In this document: positions 9,130 through 17,828 of the stretch, piece by piece
Numbering within the stretch: the stretch's first letter is position 1
Layout: each line of letters opens with the position of its first letter
Assembly (NCBI GenBank): GCA_013360215.1
Contig: JABWCP010000011.1
Span: 62,001-89,163 of the forward strand
DNA length: 27,163 bases
Direction of reading: 5' to 3'
DNA from: a bacterium
GTDB taxonomy: Bacteria > CLD3 > SB21
Program-made: the position numbers and the translations under genes
The notes under the pieces: generated by a model
The model's input: the letters and a program-made list of their open reading frames with translations, nothing else
The model's database searches: none
Told to the model about the DNA's origin: nothing

Positions 9130-12003
9130 TTACAGAGGTATAAAAATTTCGGTTACCGCTCCGTTATCGTTGATTTGTTTTATGCGGCCGCGCACGCGTT
9201 CGGCGCGCATGCGCATATTGCGAAGGCCGTTGCCTTTTCCGATCCGCTCATCGGGAATGCCGCGGCCATTGTCCCTCAGAGAAATTATGAGACCGCGATC
9301 TGTACGCTCGATGCGAACGTGTACGGAGGTAGCTCCCGAATGTTTGGCCGCATTATGCAGCACTTCTTTGACGATCAGAAAAACATTTTGCCGCACATCT
9401 ACAGCCAGCGATTCTTCCGCGCGGATGCCGTGTACATCCCACGTGCAGGCGATCTCGGCCGTGTTAAGCACCTGATACGCCGTATCCTGCAGGCGCGCGA
9501 TCAGGTCGCCCATGCGATCATTGCGTGCGTCAATGGACCAGACAATATCGCTGAAGGTGCGTATCACATCACGGCTGAGTTGGCCGATCCGTTCGGCGGA
9601 ATGACGAATAGCCGAGAGATCATCGGAACTGCGAATGGATTCCGAACTGACGGCAATACGCGTGAGCGTTGAACCGATATCATCATGCAGATCGCTGGCA
9701 ATGCGCACGCGCATACGTTCCATGGCGAGCAAACGTGTGACACGAATGCGGTAAATAACCCACAATAATCCGATCACGGCTAGGACGAGTATCAACCGGA
9801 ACCACCAGGTTTTCCAAAACGGAGGCGTGATCGTAAAGACCAGCGATTCCGTCGGGCTCCATACACCCCAGTCGTTGGCGGACTGCACCTCAAACGTATA
9901 ATCGCCCGAAGCGAGATTGGTATATTGGATCGTGCGTTCCGTAGTGGGAATCCACTGCGCATCAAGACCTTGTAGCCGGTAGCGGTAGCGCACCTGTTCC
10001 GGCGCTGAAGGATAGATTCCGATAAAATCAAATTTCAAATAATTTTCGTCATGACGGAAAGCGGTGTGCGCCACGACCGGAATGCTATTTTCATACACGC
10101 GCAAACGATGGATACGCGTCTGCGGAACGGTATAGAGGCTGTCGGAACTCGGGTTGATCTCTGTCATGCCGTTGACGGTTGCAACCCATACCCGGCCGTT
10201 CTGATCCGTACACACACCTCCGAGGCTGCATTCATCGCCGGCCAGGCCGTCGCTGCGCCGAATCGTGCGTATCAACGTGTCTCCGCCGGAAAACGAAAGG
10301 ATGTGCATGCCGCGATTGCTGGCCGCATAAATGGCGCCTCTAGCATCACCGGTGATCGCATAGATCGTATTGTCACGCAATCCGTTTTTGGTATCAAAAT
10401 TACGAATAACTCCGTCGCGTATCAAAGACAGACCGCCGCCATCGGTACCAACGCACAAAAGGCCGTCGGGCGCTTCGTATATGGAAACAACAAAATCGCC
10501 GGCCAGTCCGTTTTTCTGAGAAATATTTTTGAATTGCGATCCGTCGTATATAAAAAGACCGGCGCCGTCGCTGCCAAAGGCCATGCGGCCGTCGCGCAAC
10601 GTACGTGCACACCATACGATCTGCCCGGAGAGCGGCGTTCCGGTAGCCCATGGCACGATCTGGCGGTTTTCTACTTTAGCAAGCCCTCCGCGTGTAGCCA
10701 AAATCATGTTCCCGTCGGCATCTTCGGTCATTCCGTAAGCCCGATTCATCGGTTTGTCGGAGTGACGATAAGTGGCGGTCACGCGTCCGTCGGTTACCGT
10801 GTGAATTCCGTTGTGTGTGCCGATCCACAACCGGCCACGTCGATCTTCAAAAAGACTCCAGATCAGGTTGTGCGCCAACCCTTTTTTTTCATCGAGAATT
10901 TCCGGTTTATCGCCACGCATGGTGATAAGACCGGCGTGTGAACCAAACACCATACTTCCATCGCGTCTCTGGGTGACTGTGGTGAAAGGCGCATCGGGCA
11001 ATTCTTTACCGCTGCGCCACGTCGTCAAACGCCCGGGCCGATACATACTGACGCCGCCGCCATTGGTCCCGAAATAAAGCGTACGGTCGTAATCTTCATA
11101 GATATTCCATACTAAGTCATTGGCCAATCCGTTTGCTGTCGTCAGATTCTCAAAAACGCCGTGGTGCCATAGACTGATGCCATTGGCCGTAGCGATGCAC
11201 AATGCGCCGTTTTGCAGGAGCAGCATTGCATTGATGTCATTATCGGCAAGACCGTCGCGTGTGGTGTAGTTAGTACAACGCCCGTTGATATACACACTCA
11301 GTCCCTCGCGTGTACCCAAAGCCCATGCGCTGTCATTGAGACGGCGAATGCTGCGTACAATGGGATGGATCAGTCCGTCGCGTGCCGTGATGCGCTGTTG
11401 CGTTTGTGGGGACAGAATCGCTACACCGCTGTCGGTGCCAAACCACCAGACATCGTTATCGGCGTGAACGCCGGTGTACACGCGCAGATCGGGTAACCCT
11501 TCGTGAAGGCCGATGGTTTTCCAGCTTCGCCGTTGCGGTTGATAAAAACTGACGCCGCCGCCATAAGTACAAATCCACAACGCCGAATCACCGGACGGAA
11601 TGATATTCCACACGCGATTATCGCACAAACCGGAATCTTTATTGAGTGTCGTAAAACGCCCGTCGCGATACACAGAGAGGCCGCCACCGTCGGTTCCGAT
11701 ATACATAGATCCGTCATGGTACTCGTGCAACGCCGATATTTGCCCGCCGGCGAGACCGTCCTGCGTTTGAAAATTTTGAAAACGAACACCGTCCCACCGA
11801 CTCAGTCCGCCCAACGTGCCGATCCACACATAACCCCAACGGTCGCGGGTGATCGCCGTGACTTGCGATTGGACAAGCCCTTGTTCGACATTGACGGAGC
11901 GGTGGATTTTGATTTGTGCGCTGACGTTGGATGACGGCATCAGCAGTACAAAAAAAATCAGAGTTAGTTTTTTTAGCGGATGCATCGGGGTTGATGTTAC
12001 CAT
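9130..12003 (-). CDS. Periplasmic beta-propeller (Reg_prop/Y_Y_Y) sensor histidine kinase, HisKA_3 type
   Basis: Signal peptide and many DGL/WIGTxGG propeller repeats. Y_Y_Y domain (YRYRLQG...YTNLASGDYTFEV), TM after PPFWKTWWF, H-box RIASDLHDDIGSTL, and HATPase motifs NAAKHS, DNGRG, GNGLRNMRMRA. Confidence 0.93.
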   Translation of the reverse strand: MVTSTPMHPLKKLTLIFFVLLMPSSNVSAQIKIHRSVNVEQGLVQSQVTAITRDRWGYVWIGTLGGLSRWDGVRFQNFQTQDGLAGGQISALHEYHDGSMYIGTDGGGLSVYRDGRFTTLNKDSGLCDNRVWNIIPSGDSALWICTYGGGVSFYQPQRRSWKTIGLHEGLPDLRVYTGVHADNDVWWFGTDSGVAILSPQTQQRITARDGLIHPIVRSIRRLNDSAWALGTREGLSVYINGRCTNYTTRDGLADNDINAMLLLQNGALCIATANGISLWHHGVFENLTTANGLANDLVWNIYEDYDRTLYFGTNGGGVSMYRPGRLTTWRSGKELPDAPFTTVTQRRDGSMVFGSHAGLITMRGDKPEILDEKKGLAHNLIWSLFEDRRGRLWIGTHNGIHTVTDGRVTATYRHSDKPMNRAYGMTEDADGNMILATRGGLAKVENRQIVPWATGTPLSGQIVWCARTLRDGRMAFGSDGAGLFIYDGSQFKNISQKNGLAGDFVVSIYEAPDGLLCVGTDGGGLSLIRDGVIRNFDTKNGLRDNTIYAITGDARGAIYAASNRGMHILSFSGGDTLIRTIRRSDGLAGDECSLGGVCTDQNGRVWVATVNGMTEINPSSDSLYTVPQTRIHRLRVYENSIPVVAHTAFRHDENYLKFDFIGIYPSAPEQVRYRYRLQGLDAQWIPTTERTIQYTNLASGDYTFEVQSANDWGVWSPTESLVFTITPPFWKTWWFRLILVLAVIGLLWVIYRIRVTRLLAMERMRVRIASDLHDDIGSTLTRIAVSSESIRSSDDLSAIRHSAERIGQLSRDVIRTFSDIVWSIDARNDRMGDLIARLQDTAYQVLNTAEIACTWDVHGIRAEESLAVDVRQNVFLIVKEVLHNAAKHSGATSVHVRIERTDRGLIISLRDNGRGIPDERIGKGNGLRNMRMRAERVRGRIKQINDNGAVTEIFIPL

Positions 12004-12094
12004 ATTAAACTGCGCAATCAGACGTGATTTATGAAAATAAGAACCGATTATTTTCGAGATGCGCGAGTACCGATTACACGGTCTGACGAAACAA

Positions 12095-12955
12095 CTATGC
12101 GTGCTGTGCGATGCGCTGCGATCCGCAGTAGATATTGTACTGACCGGAGCGAAGAAACCCGATCAATGTCATGCCGAACTCGTGTGCGGATTTGACGGCC
12201 AGACTGGACGGTGCGGAAACCGCCGCAATACACGGTATGCCGACGCTCAATGCTTTCTGCACGATTTCGTAACTGACGCGCCCGCTGACCAAAAGCAGAT
12301 GGCCATGGAGCGGCAAACGTCGCTGCATGAAAGCCCAGCCGATGATTTTATCTACGGCGTTATGCCGTCCGATATCCTCGCGCGCGCAGAGTAAGTTTCC
12401 TGCATTATCAAATAATCCGGCGCCGTGCAGGCCGCCTGTTTGTTCGAATATTTTTTGTTCGCGGCGCAGGCGATCGGGCAAAGTGAGAATTTGCTCAGCC
12501 ATAAAAACCGTCGCGTCCTCGATGCGACGAAACCCCTTAGCGCGCAAATCGCTGATTGAGCGGCTCCCGCAGATACCGCAGCTGGATTGGACAAACGAAT
12601 AGCGGCGCAATTGGTCGGCCTCGGCCATGCGTGCGAAGGCGGATTCGTTCACATGCAGCGTGATTGAATTTTCTTCCGGTGATAGGATTTTTTGTATGAT
12701 GGTATAGTCGGGAGAGCCGTCTCCGGCGTGAAGTAAGCCTTCGGCCGCCAAAAAACCAAGCGCCAAGTCGGCGTCATGACCGGGTGTACGCATCGTAACG
12801 GCGATTTCGACGGTGCGTTCCATGTGAGCGACCGCGATGGACAGCGGTTCTTCAGTGACGAGCGTGTCGGCATGATCGCGGTCCAAACCATCGCTGAATT
12901 TTTTTATGAGATAGGTGCGTGTTGCCGATTCCACATAAACCTCGAAGTTTCGCAC
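12095..12955 (-). CDS. fdhD: Formate dehydrogenase accessory sulfurtransferase FdhD
   Basis: EEPL, MRTPG, SSCGICG (CxxC), TGGLHGA, REDIGRHNAVDK, SGRVSYE and SAPSSLAV motifs. GTG start. Confidence 0.95.
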   Translation of the reverse strand: MRNFEVYVESATRTYLIKKFSDGLDRDHADTLVTEEPLSIAVAHMERTVEIAVTMRTPGHDADLALGFLAAEGLLHAGDGSPDYTIIQKILSPEENSITLHVNESAFARMAEADQLRRYSFVQSSCGICGSRSISDLRAKGFRRIEDATVFMAEQILTLPDRLRREQKIFEQTGGLHGAGLFDNAGNLLCAREDIGRHNAVDKIIGWAFMQRRLPLHGHLLLVSGRVSYEIVQKALSVGIPCIAAVSAPSSLAVKSAHEFGMTLIGFLRSGQYNIYCGSQRIAQHA

Positions 12956-13051
12956 AAACTACCCAAAAAGGGCTTCAATTTCACTAATTTTATGGTATTT
13001 TTATGGTATAAAGGTGTTAATTTCCGGATCGGCTTATAATTAAGAAAAAAA

Positions 13052-13080
13052 TTGACAAATCATGTTCTTTTAGATATATT
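13052..13080 (+). promoter_or_regulatory. sigma70-type promoter for the M23-bactofilin-atp operon
   Basis: TTGACA (13052-57), 17 bp spacer, TATATT (13075-80), preceded by an A-tract resembling an UP element. Confidence 0.7.
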
Positions 13081-13181
13081 GCGTTGCTTTTTGGAAAAAA
13101 AGGCGTATGTTCTATAAAAATTTAGATTTAGCATCGTTTTAAAGCGATATAAACGCGATCCGATCGGTCATCAAAAACGGG

Positions 13182-14138
13182 TTGAACGTGGAAGAAAAAA
13201 AGAAATCGCCGCACAAATATGTCACACTTCTGGTGATGTTTGATGCCGTTTCCGATCCCCGGAGTTTTCGCCTTAAAGTTTCAACGCTGCGCGTGATGCT
13301 CGGTACATTGGCTGTAGTAGGTCTTGTGCTGGCCGGTTCTTTGATATACTATTTTTCGTTTGCCTATAAGGTGTTTTATTACGACGAGCTGGAGCGTAAA
13401 TACGAAAAGCTCGCCGAAGATAATACCCGGATCAAGCAGATCGAACGCGAGTACCGTAAGGTCAAGCAGGAGAATGAAAAAATCCGCATCGTGTTTGGTT
13501 TGCTGAAAAACATGCCCCGGGACACGACGTACGAAGGCCGCTCAACGTATGAAAATTTTACGGCGCCGAGTGAAATGGGATATTATCCCGGCAAAGACCT
13601 CAACGATCCGATGCATGAAAAAATGGCGGAGGATATCAGCAGCGATGTCGGCCGTATCGGTATAGATTATTTATCCTACGCCCGCGTCGTGCCCACGTTG
13701 ATGCCGGTTAACAGCCGCTTTATTGCGCGCGGTTATCAGGATAACCGTTACAACGATCCGTCGGCTACACGCATACATCGCGGTGTGGACATCGTGGCGG
13801 AGGAAGGCGCGCCGGTCAAGGCCGCTTCCGAAGGTCGGGTGATCGTTTCGGAATGGTTTACCGACTACGGCAATACGATCGTCCTGTATCATGGATTCGG
13901 TTTTTTTTCAGTGTATAAACATTTGCAATTTCGCCTGAAAGAAACGGATGATGCGGTCAAGACGGGTGAAGTGATCGGCACGGTCGGTAAGACCGGGCGT
14001 TTGGCAACAGGTATTCATTTACATTTTGAAATATGGCGCGACGGCGTGCCGCGGGATCCGGCGACTTTTATACCGCAGATCCGCGATGCGCTGGTGATCA
14101 CGGTGAAAGCCGACTCACTCGCCAAAAAAAGCAGTTAA
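13182..14138 (+). CDS. Membrane-anchored M23 family metallo-endopeptidase (N-terminal cytoplasmic part, TM, coiled coil, M23 domain)
   Basis: HRGVD (HxxxD) and GIHLHFE (HxH) zinc motifs, YGNTIVLYH, a TM segment and a coiled coil. The start is uncertain (TTG 13182 or GTG 13188). Confidence 0.9.
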   Translation: MNVEEKKKSPHKYVTLLVMFDAVSDPRSFRLKVSTLRVMLGTLAVVGLVLAGSLIYYFSFAYKVFYYDELERKYEKLAEDNTRIKQIEREYRKVKQENEKIRIVFGLLKNMPRDTTYEGRSTYENFTAPSEMGYYPGKDLNDPMHEKMAEDISSDVGRIGIDYLSYARVVPTLMPVNSRFIARGYQDNRYNDPSATRIHRGVDIVAEEGAPVKAASEGRVIVSEWFTDYGNTIVLYHGFGFFSVYKHLQFRLKETDDAVKTGEVIGTVGKTGRLATGIHLHFEIWRDGVPRDPATFIPQIRDALVITVKADSLAKKSS

Positions 14139-14157
14139 ACTAAACGAAAGAACGCCC

Positions 14158-14598
14158 ATGGCGTTTGGTGAAAAAAATACGAACAATACCGCCGGTGCAG
14201 GTCTCAACCTGATCAGCCGCGGTACCGTGATCAACGGCAATATCAGCGCCTCGACGAGCATTCGTATCGAAGGCGAAATCAAAGGCAAAATCGTTTGCCA
14301 TGATGCCGTCACGATCGGTACGACGGGTATGGTCGAAGGCGATATTGATGCCAAAAGCGTGATCGTAGGCGGCAAAGTAATCGGCAATGTGACTTCGCAG
14401 GATCGTTTGATGATGGAGTCGCGTTCCGGTATCCAAGGTAATATCAAAGCCCGCCGGTTGGTGGTCGAAGAAGGCGCGGTGTTCGAAGGTCGTTGTTCGA
14501 TGAAAGATACGAAAGATAAGCCGCTCGTGATCAACGAGAATGCGAATCGCGATATGTTTGAGGAACCTGAAGCTGCGCGTTTAGCTAAAGCGCAGTAG
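14158..14598 (+). CDS. Bactofilin (polymer-forming cytoskeletal protein, CcmA family)
   Basis: Beta-helix repeats LISRGTVINGNI, IRIEGEIKGKI, VEGDIDA, VIVGGKVIGNV and VEEGAVFEGRCSM. The N-terminus MAFGEK resembles the bactofilin membrane-targeting peptide. Confidence 0.93.
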   Translation: MAFGEKNTNNTAGAGLNLISRGTVINGNISASTSIRIEGEIKGKIVCHDAVTIGTTGMVEGDIDAKSVIVGGKVIGNVTSQDRLMMESRSGIQGNIKARRLVVEEGAVFEGRCSMKDTKDKPLVINENANRDMFEEPEAARLAKAQ

Positions 14599-14603
14599 GT
14601 TTT

Positions 14604-14909
14604 ATGCCCACGGGTAAACATACGACCCAAAGCTTATCGGAAACGATGCATGCGCTTGGGCCGTGGATCGGATGGGGTTGGCAATTTGCCCTGACGCTCG
14701 GCGTTTTGACTTGGGGCGGGCACTGGTTAGACGGATATTTTGAAACGAAAGTTCTTTTTACGCTGGCCGGTATTTTTTTGGGATTGGCCGGCGGTTTTAT
14801 ACAGTTGATCCGGATGGTTCGGAATCTTCCGAAGCCGGAACGACATCACCACGGAGAGGAGCGTCATTCGGACCGCGTAACCAAGCCGACGAATGAAGAG
14901 AAGGAATGA
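14604..14909 (+). CDS. atpZ: AtpZ/AtpI family (ATPase gene 1) membrane protein
   Basis: Two TM helices with GHWLDGYF and GIFLGLAGG; lies directly upstream of the Fo genes. Confidence 0.8.
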   Translation: MPTGKHTTQSLSETMHALGPWIGWGWQFALTLGVLTWGGHWLDGYFETKVLFTLAGIFLGLAGGFIQLIRMVRNLPKPERHHHGEERHSDRVTKPTNEEKE

Positions 14910-15295
14910 GTCAAAAATTGTTTCTGATGGTCGTATCGCTGATCACCGTCATTGTTCTTTTGATATTGAATGCCTTCATTGAAACGGCACAGGAATTTCG
15001 AGTCGTGCTTTGTGCGAGCGTTGTAGCATTGGCGCACGTGCTTTGCGGCTTTTATATGACGCGTTGGGCTTTTACTAAGTCAAACAAACTTTTTATGAGC
15101 GTCGTGATGGGCGGCATGGGCATTCGTATGATGTTGGTCGGCATTATCCTCGTGATCGTGTATAAATTGGTGGCGATCGATATCAAGTTGTTCATCGTTA
15201 CATTTGGTGTGTATTACCTGCTGTTTCAGATTGTCGAGATTTATTTTGTAAACCGCGGGCTGCAGATGAAAAAATTAAATAATAATACTATATAG
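14906..15295 (+). CDS. atpI: ATP synthase protein I (4 TM)
   Basis: Four hydrophobic helices with GMGIRM, an ATGA overlap with the preceding gene, and a position directly before atpB. Confidence 0.7.
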   Translation: MSQKLFLMVVSLITVIVLLILNAFIETAQEFRVVLCASVVALAHVLCGFYMTRWAFTKSNKLFMSVVMGGMGIRMMLVGIILVIVYKLVAIDIKLFIVTFGVYYLLFQIVEIYFVNRGLQMKKLNNNTI

Positions 15296-15308
15296 GATAT
15301 TCGTACGC

Positions 15309-16220
15309 ATGCTCATGCCTATGTTAACCTTCTGGCAAGCCGCTTCGCAGGAAGCGCCCAAAGCCGCCGACAAAGCAGAAAAAGTGGATATCGGCGGGAC
15401 CATCATCCACCACATTACCAATTCCAATGAAATCGAACTCCCCATATTGGGTTATGTGAAACTGCCGCATTTTGATCCCATTCATATCGGCACTATGACG
15501 ATAGACCTCAGTCCGACCAAACATGTCGTGATGATATGGTTGGTAGCGCTTTTGCTATTGGTGATTTTTTCCATCTTGGCTCGTCCCAAACTGATTCCCC
15601 GCGGCCTCTACAATGCCATGGAAGCGTTGATCAGCTTCGTGCGCGAAGAGATTGTGCGCCCTAATTTCGGTGCTAAAACCGACCGCTATATCCATTATTT
15701 CCTCACGTTGTTTTTCTTTATTCTGTTTATGAATCTTCTGGGGCTTATCCCGTATGGTTCGACAGCAACCGGTAATATCGCCGTCACAGCGACCTTGGCC
15801 GTCGTGACGTTTTTTGTCACGCAATATACCGCTATCAAGTCGCAAGGTATCGGCGGGTATCTGAAACATCTTACGGCCGGCGTGCATTGGCTTTTGTGGC
15901 CGATCATGATTCCCGTCGAAGTAGTGGGGCTTTTTACCAAACCTTTCGCGCTCAGCGTTCGTCTTTTTGCCAATATGACGGCAGGCCACGTCGTGATTCT
16001 CTCCCTGCTTGGTTTGATCTTCGTATTAAAAACATATTTTGTCGCGCCGATTTCTATCCTGTTCGCGTTGTTTATTTACGTATTGGAACTTTTCGTCGCC
16101 TTTCTGCAGGCGTACATTTTTACGCTGTTATCGTCGCTTTTTATCAGCATGGGTATGCACCACGAACACCATGAAGAGCATCATGACGCGGAGCATCCGG
16201 TGCATGCAGGGCATCACTGA
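15309..16220 (+). CDS. atpB: F0F1 ATP synthase subunit a
   Basis: NLLGLIP, KPFALSVRLFANMTAGH (essential Arg) and LQAYIFTLL, with a His-rich C-terminal tail. Confidence 0.97.
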   Translation: MLMPMLTFWQAASQEAPKAADKAEKVDIGGTIIHHITNSNEIELPILGYVKLPHFDPIHIGTMTIDLSPTKHVVMIWLVALLLLVIFSILARPKLIPRGLYNAMEALISFVREEIVRPNFGAKTDRYIHYFLTLFFFILFMNLLGLIPYGSTATGNIAVTATLAVVTFFVTQYTAIKSQGIGGYLKHLTAGVHWLLWPIMIPVEVVGLFTKPFALSVRLFANMTAGHVVILSLLGLIFVLKTYFVAPISILFALFIYVLELFVAFLQAYIFTLLSSLFISMGMHHEHHEEHHDAEHPVHAGHH

Positions 16221-16296
16221 ATAGATAATGAATGAATGCAATTAACAAATACATAAACGAACTCATTTACAACATCATTTAACGGAGGAAACTACA

Positions 16297-16524
16297 ATGG
16301 GCGATTTAGGATTTGGCTTCTTGGCCGCCGGTATCGGCGCAGGTCTGGCTACGATTGGTGCGGGTTTGGGTATCGGTAAATTGGCCGCTTCCGCCCTCGA
16401 AGGCAGTGCGCGTCAACCGGAATCCGCCGGTGATATCCGTACGACCATGATCATTGCAGCCGCCCTTATCGAAGGTGTGGCGCTTTTTGCAGAAGTTATC
16501 TGCATCCTGTTGGCATTGAAGTAA
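16297..16524 (+). CDS. atpE: F0F1 ATP synthase subunit c
   Basis: GxGxGxG helix, ARQPE loop, essential Glu in ALIEGVALF, strong GGAGG RBS. Confidence 0.98.
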   Translation: MGDLGFGFLAAGIGAGLATIGAGLGIGKLAASALEGSARQPESAGDIRTTMIIAAALIEGVALFAEVICILLALK

Positions 16525-16547
16525 TCGTATTGATTGTACGTTGGAAT

Positions 16548-16580
16548 ACGGCGGGAGTTAATCCCTCCCGCCGTTTGTTT
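16548..16580 (+). terminator. Intra-operon stem-loop after atpE (partial terminator or mRNA stabiliser)
   Basis: Perfect 10-bp stem ACGGCGGGAG / CTCCCGCCGT with a 7-nt loop, followed by TTGTTT. Confidence 0.7.
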
Positions 16581-16628
16581 AATGATGTTGTTGTAAACTG
16601 AGTTGTAACTGAAAAGGTTTTGTACGCT

Positions 16629-17177
16629 ATGAAGACATTACTGCTTCTGCACATGATCTCCGGCGGCGGCGAACATAAAGGCGGATTGCTGGACATCGAT
16701 CCGGGGTTGATCTTTTGGACCATAGTCACCTTCGTCATTTTGCTCGTGCTTTTACGTCTGACCGCATGGGGCCCGATCATCAAGATGCTCGAAGAACGCG
16801 AAGAAAAAATAAAAAATTCTCTCGAAGAAGCGGAAAAAGCCCGCCGTGAAGCGGCCGCTCTGACCGAAAAAAATCAGGAAATCATGGCGAAGGCCGAACG
16901 TGAGGCTCAGGAAGTCGCGCGCCGCGCCAAAGAAAATGCCGAAAAACTGAAAACCGAAATCATGGATCAGGCCAAAGCCGAAGCGGCCCGTTTGGTAGCG
17001 GAAGCCCGTACGCAGATCGAAAACGAAATGAATTCTGCGATCAGTGCGTTGCGCAAAGAAGTCGGTGACATGGCGGTCACGGCCGCCGGCAAAATCTTGG
17101 CGACCAACCTGGATGCCGATAAACATAAAAAACTGATCGATGATTTTATCAAAGACATGCCGGTGGGGCGTAATTAA
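16629..17177 (+). CDS. atpF: F0F1 ATP synthase subunit b
   Basis: PGLIFWTIVTFVILLVLL...AWGPIIKMLEEREEKI followed by a long coiled coil. ATG 16629 chosen over TTG 16620. Confidence 0.95.
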   Translation: MKTLLLLHMISGGGEHKGGLLDIDPGLIFWTIVTFVILLVLLRLTAWGPIIKMLEEREEKIKNSLEEAEKARREAAALTEKNQEIMAKAEREAQEVARRAKENAEKLKTEIMDQAKAEAARLVAEARTQIENEMNSAISALRKEVGDMAVTAAGKILATNLDADKHKKLIDDFIKDMPVGRN

Positions 17178-17216
17178 TTAACCGGTACAACGTTAAAGTA
17201 TTAATACCAAAGTAAT

Positions 17217-17765
17217 ATGAAAAATTCCGCAACCGCACGACGCTACGCCAAAGCCCTGTTTGACATCTCGGTCGAGCAGAACGCGCTGGATGCCGTCTAT
17301 GCCGATATGCAGAGCATCGCCACGATGATAGAACAGTCGCCGGAATTCCGTGCTTTTTTGCACAATCCGGTGATCCCCAATGCGCAGAAAAAAGACGCGA
17401 TGAAAGCGCTGTTTGATAAAAAAATTCACACCGAAGTGTATCGCTTTATGCATTTGATCTGCGATCACGACCGTGAAAACATTTTAGGCGATATGATCGA
17501 AGCGTTTGAAACGCTGCGTAATGAAAAACTCGGTTTCATCCATGCGGAGGTTATCTCCGTCGTGGATATGACCCCCGATCAGGTCAAAGGCGTCACCGAA
17601 AAAATCAAGGCCCTGACCGGCAAAACGCCGCAACTGGTTTTCAAAAAAGATGCGTCATTGATCGGCGGATTTATGGTTCGCATCGGAGATACGATGATTG
17701 ACGGTACGGTCAAGCATCAGCTGGAACGCCTCAAATCGGCGTTTACGGCCGTGTATCACCATTGA
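17217..17765 (+). CDS. atpH: F0F1 ATP synthase subunit delta
   Basis: ARRYAKAL, FLHNP and DASLIGGFMVRIGDTMIDGTV motifs. Confidence 0.96.
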   Translation: MKNSATARRYAKALFDISVEQNALDAVYADMQSIATMIEQSPEFRAFLHNPVIPNAQKKDAMKALFDKKIHTEVYRFMHLICDHDRENILGDMIEAFETLRNEKLGFIHAEVISVVDMTPDQVKGVTEKIKALTGKTPQLVFKKDASLIGGFMVRIGDTMIDGTVKHQLERLKSAFTAVYHH

Positions 17766-17828
17766 TGATGTAAAACATTCGAACGAATAGAGACAAATAA
17801 ATATAATATAACACAAGGAACCTAAATC

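Noticed and set aside
10100-11900. Repetitive sequence as a possible CRISPR or tandem array
   Set aside because: The repeats are degenerate protein-level propeller blades within the sensor kinase, with no identical DNA repeats or spacers.
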